From Candidatus Saccharibacteria bacterium RIFCSPHIGHO2_12_FULL_47_16b (GTDB lineage Bacteria; Patescibacteriota; Saccharimonadia; Saccharimonadales; UBA10212): a stretch of 58,238 nucleotides of DNA. Each line of letters begins with the position of its first letter. Within the stretch, counting starts at the first letter, position 1. The notes under the pieces are model-generated. The model saw only the letters and a program-made list of their open reading frames with translations. It did no database searches and had not been told where the DNA came from. The stretch lies in the NCBI GenBank assembly GCA_001790525.1, contig MGCU01000019.1, forward strand, positions 1 through 58,238, read 5' to 3'. A program made the translations under genes and the position numbers. Shown here in pieces: positions 56,536-58,238 of the stretch.

Positions 56536-56962
56536 GCTGGATCGCTATAAAGACCTTAAGGCACTGCTTAAGAAAAAGGGCTTTAGTTTAACCAAACCGC
56601 GCCAAAATGTCTTTGATTTACTGCAAAATCAAGGGCCGCAAACTACCCAAGTGCTGATTAAACGGGCCGAAGGCCAGATCGATCGAGCCACCGTTTATCG
56701 AACGCTGGAATTATTTGAAAGACTCGGCATTGTTCACCGCTTAAACATTGGCTGGAAATATAAATACGAGTTATCTGATATCTTCTTAGCCCACCACCAT
56801 CACTTTTACTGTAGCAACTGCGGCAAAAGCTACGATTTATCGGCCAATGCCATGCTGGAAACCATGATTAATTCTTTGGCTTCGAAAGAGGGTTACTCGC
56901 CTCGGGGCCACCAATTAGAAATCTATGGCCTCTGCCCCGCCTGCCAAGGCCAATTGACCTAA
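56528..56962 (+). CDS. Fur family transcriptional regulator (probably Zur)
   Basis: LTKPRQ, IDRATVYRTL, HHHHFYCSNCG, GLCPAC; divergent from ZIP gene. Confidence 0.93.
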   Translation: MSPLDRYKDLKALLKKKGFSLTKPRQNVFDLLQNQGPQTTQVLIKRAEGQIDRATVYRTLELFERLGIVHRLNIGWKYKYELSDIFLAHHHHFYCSNCGKSYDLSANAMLETMINSLASKEGYSPRGHQLEIYGLCPACQGQLT

Positions 56963-57033
56963 TTAACCTAATTGCTCTAATTGACCTAAAAAATGACTGA
57001 ATGACCTAAAAGAAGTTATAGAATGTTTCTTGG

Positions 57034-57651
57034 ATGAGGCTTCGAGAAAATATTTCAGTTTATGCTTGGTCGCTAAGCCTGCTGGTGGCGGTCTTAGCTT
57101 TTATAGCCTGGGGTCAAGGTTTGCATTGGCATTTTTCTAACCTCTCTTCATATCGTTTATTCCCTTTGTTTGGTCTGCTGGCTTTTAGTCTAATGTGGTC
57201 AATCTACATCGTCGGTCGGGCTCGACACTATCTCAAGCCGCCAGCCAAAAAATTATCGAATTATTACAAATATTTATCCGTGACCGTCTTGGTGCTGATA
57301 TTGGCACACCCCGGGCTATTAGTATGGCAGCTGTGGCGTGATGGTTTTGGCTTACCGCCCACCAGTTACAAAAACTACGTCGGTCCGGCAGCCGTTTGGG
57401 CGGTGATTGTTTCGTCCATCGCCTGGTTTATTTTTCTAGCCTACGAGCTAAGGCGGATTTATCGAGACCGGCCGTGGTGGAAATACATGGAAATCGCCGG
57501 TGATTTGGCCATAGTCGGCATTTTCTTACATTCGCTGAGGCTGGGTACCAATCTCCAAGCTGGCTGGTTCCGAATTGTCTGGATCACCTACGGTCTAATA
57601 TTGGCCGTGGCACTGTTTGATATATATCGATCAAAGCTACGCCCCTCATAA
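57034..57651 (+). CDS. multi-pass membrane protein, ferric-reductase-like TM domain
   Basis: About 6 hydrophobic helices, GLLAFSLMW, ILAHP, FLHSLRLG. Confidence 0.65.
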   Translation: MRLRENISVYAWSLSLLVAVLAFIAWGQGLHWHFSNLSSYRLFPLFGLLAFSLMWSIYIVGRARHYLKPPAKKLSNYYKYLSVTVLVLILAHPGLLVWQLWRDGFGLPPTSYKNYVGPAAVWAVIVSSIAWFIFLAYELRRIYRDRPWWKYMEIAGDLAIVGIFLHSLRLGTNLQAGWFRIVWITYGLILAVALFDIYRSKLRPS

Positions 57652-57660
57652 CTCTCGCCA

Positions 57661-57696
57661 TGTCCATAATTACGACATATGTTGTAATTATGGACA
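57661..57696. terminator. 36-bp palindrome, probable terminator
   Basis: tgtccataattacgacatatgttgtaattatggaca followed by gTTTTT; homologous to 40516-40559. Confidence 0.75.
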
Positions 57697-57774
57697 GTTT
57701 TTCTCCTAACTGTGAGACAAACGGCAGCTGTTAAAGCGCTAATGATGCTATAATAGTTTTCCACTGAAGCTAAG

Positions 57775-58238
57775 ATGAATTTTCTGATTATTTTGGAGGT
57801 CTTTTTATTAGTCTGCTTAGCGGCCATTGCTTCTGGTTTAAACGTAGCCTTGCTGGCCCTCGATCGGTCTGATCTAGAGCGCAAAGTTAAGCTAGGCGAT
57901 ACCCGCGCTAAGTTGGTTCTGCCGCTTAGGAAAAACACTCATTTAAGTTTGGCTAGCATTCTGTTGATGGGCGTGGCAGTGGCGGCCACCACCTCGTTGG
58001 TGCTCAATAGCCATCTAAATGCCGTGGCTGCCGGGGCGATTACCACCATTCTGATTGTCTTGTTTGGCGAAATCATACCGCAAGCCATCTTTGCTCGCTA
58101 CGCCTTAACTTTTACGGCCTTTTTTGCACCTTTCTTGCGCCTAGCCATAATTGTCACCTACCCGGTGTCAAAGCCACTGCAGCTTCTGTTGGACGCTATG
58201 TTAGGTGACGAACAGGCTCGTTTAACAAGCCGTCGCGA
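57775..58238 (+). CDS. CNNM/DUF21 (CorC-like) membrane protein, 3' truncated by window; absent from ORF track
   Basis: Hand-translated MNFLIILEVFLLVCLAAIASGLNVALLALD...LPLRKNTHLSLASILL...VLFGEIIPQA. Confidence 0.9.
   Translation, partial: MNFLIILEVFLLVCLAAIASGLNVALLALDRSDLERKVKLGDTRAKLVLPLRKNTHLSLASILLMGVAVAATTSLVLNSHLNAVAAGAITTILIVLFGEIIPQAIFARYALTFTAFFAPFLRLAIIVTYPVSKPLQLLLDAMLGDEQARLTSRR

Noticed and set aside
57588-57938. 116-aa minus-strand ORF
   Set aside because: Shadow of the CNNM gene on the plus strand
1-58238. Alternative genetic code (TGA=Gly)
   Set aside because: TGA terminates full-length genes such as gatA and conserved proteins are intact under code 11

Overview
Chromosomal segment of a small-genome bacterium, most likely Patescibacteria/CPR (Saccharibacteria-like; inferred from gene content and repeat style, standard code with TGA stops). 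The backbone is mostly minus-strand housekeeping genes: recG, tyrS, class A PBP, radA, clpC, nusA, pepN, rnhB, rplS, PilB-like ATPase, dnaE, galU, gatCAB, uvrB, a gap-rpiB-rpe-tkt-fba-pfkB cluster, ppa, trxB, pheST, rmuC, ZIP/Fur and a partial CNNM gene. I found no rRNA, tRNA, CRISPR, integrase or transposase. Main non-standard signals: (1) a 4.4 kb island (9369-13787) just downstream of clpC, built as small gene cassettes (two type II TA pairs, a HEPN-like protein, a methyltransferase, orphans) separated by same-orientation GC-rich repeats, three of which supply the TTG of the adjacent cassette's -35 box; (2) several families of dispersed palindromic elements ending on start/stop codons, one carrying a sequestered SD and one creating a 51-aa uORF coupled to fur; (3) heptamer-repeat elements between and inside genes; (4) pervasive leaderless-type promoters. 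All calls are by eye from sequence and motifs; no database searches were run.
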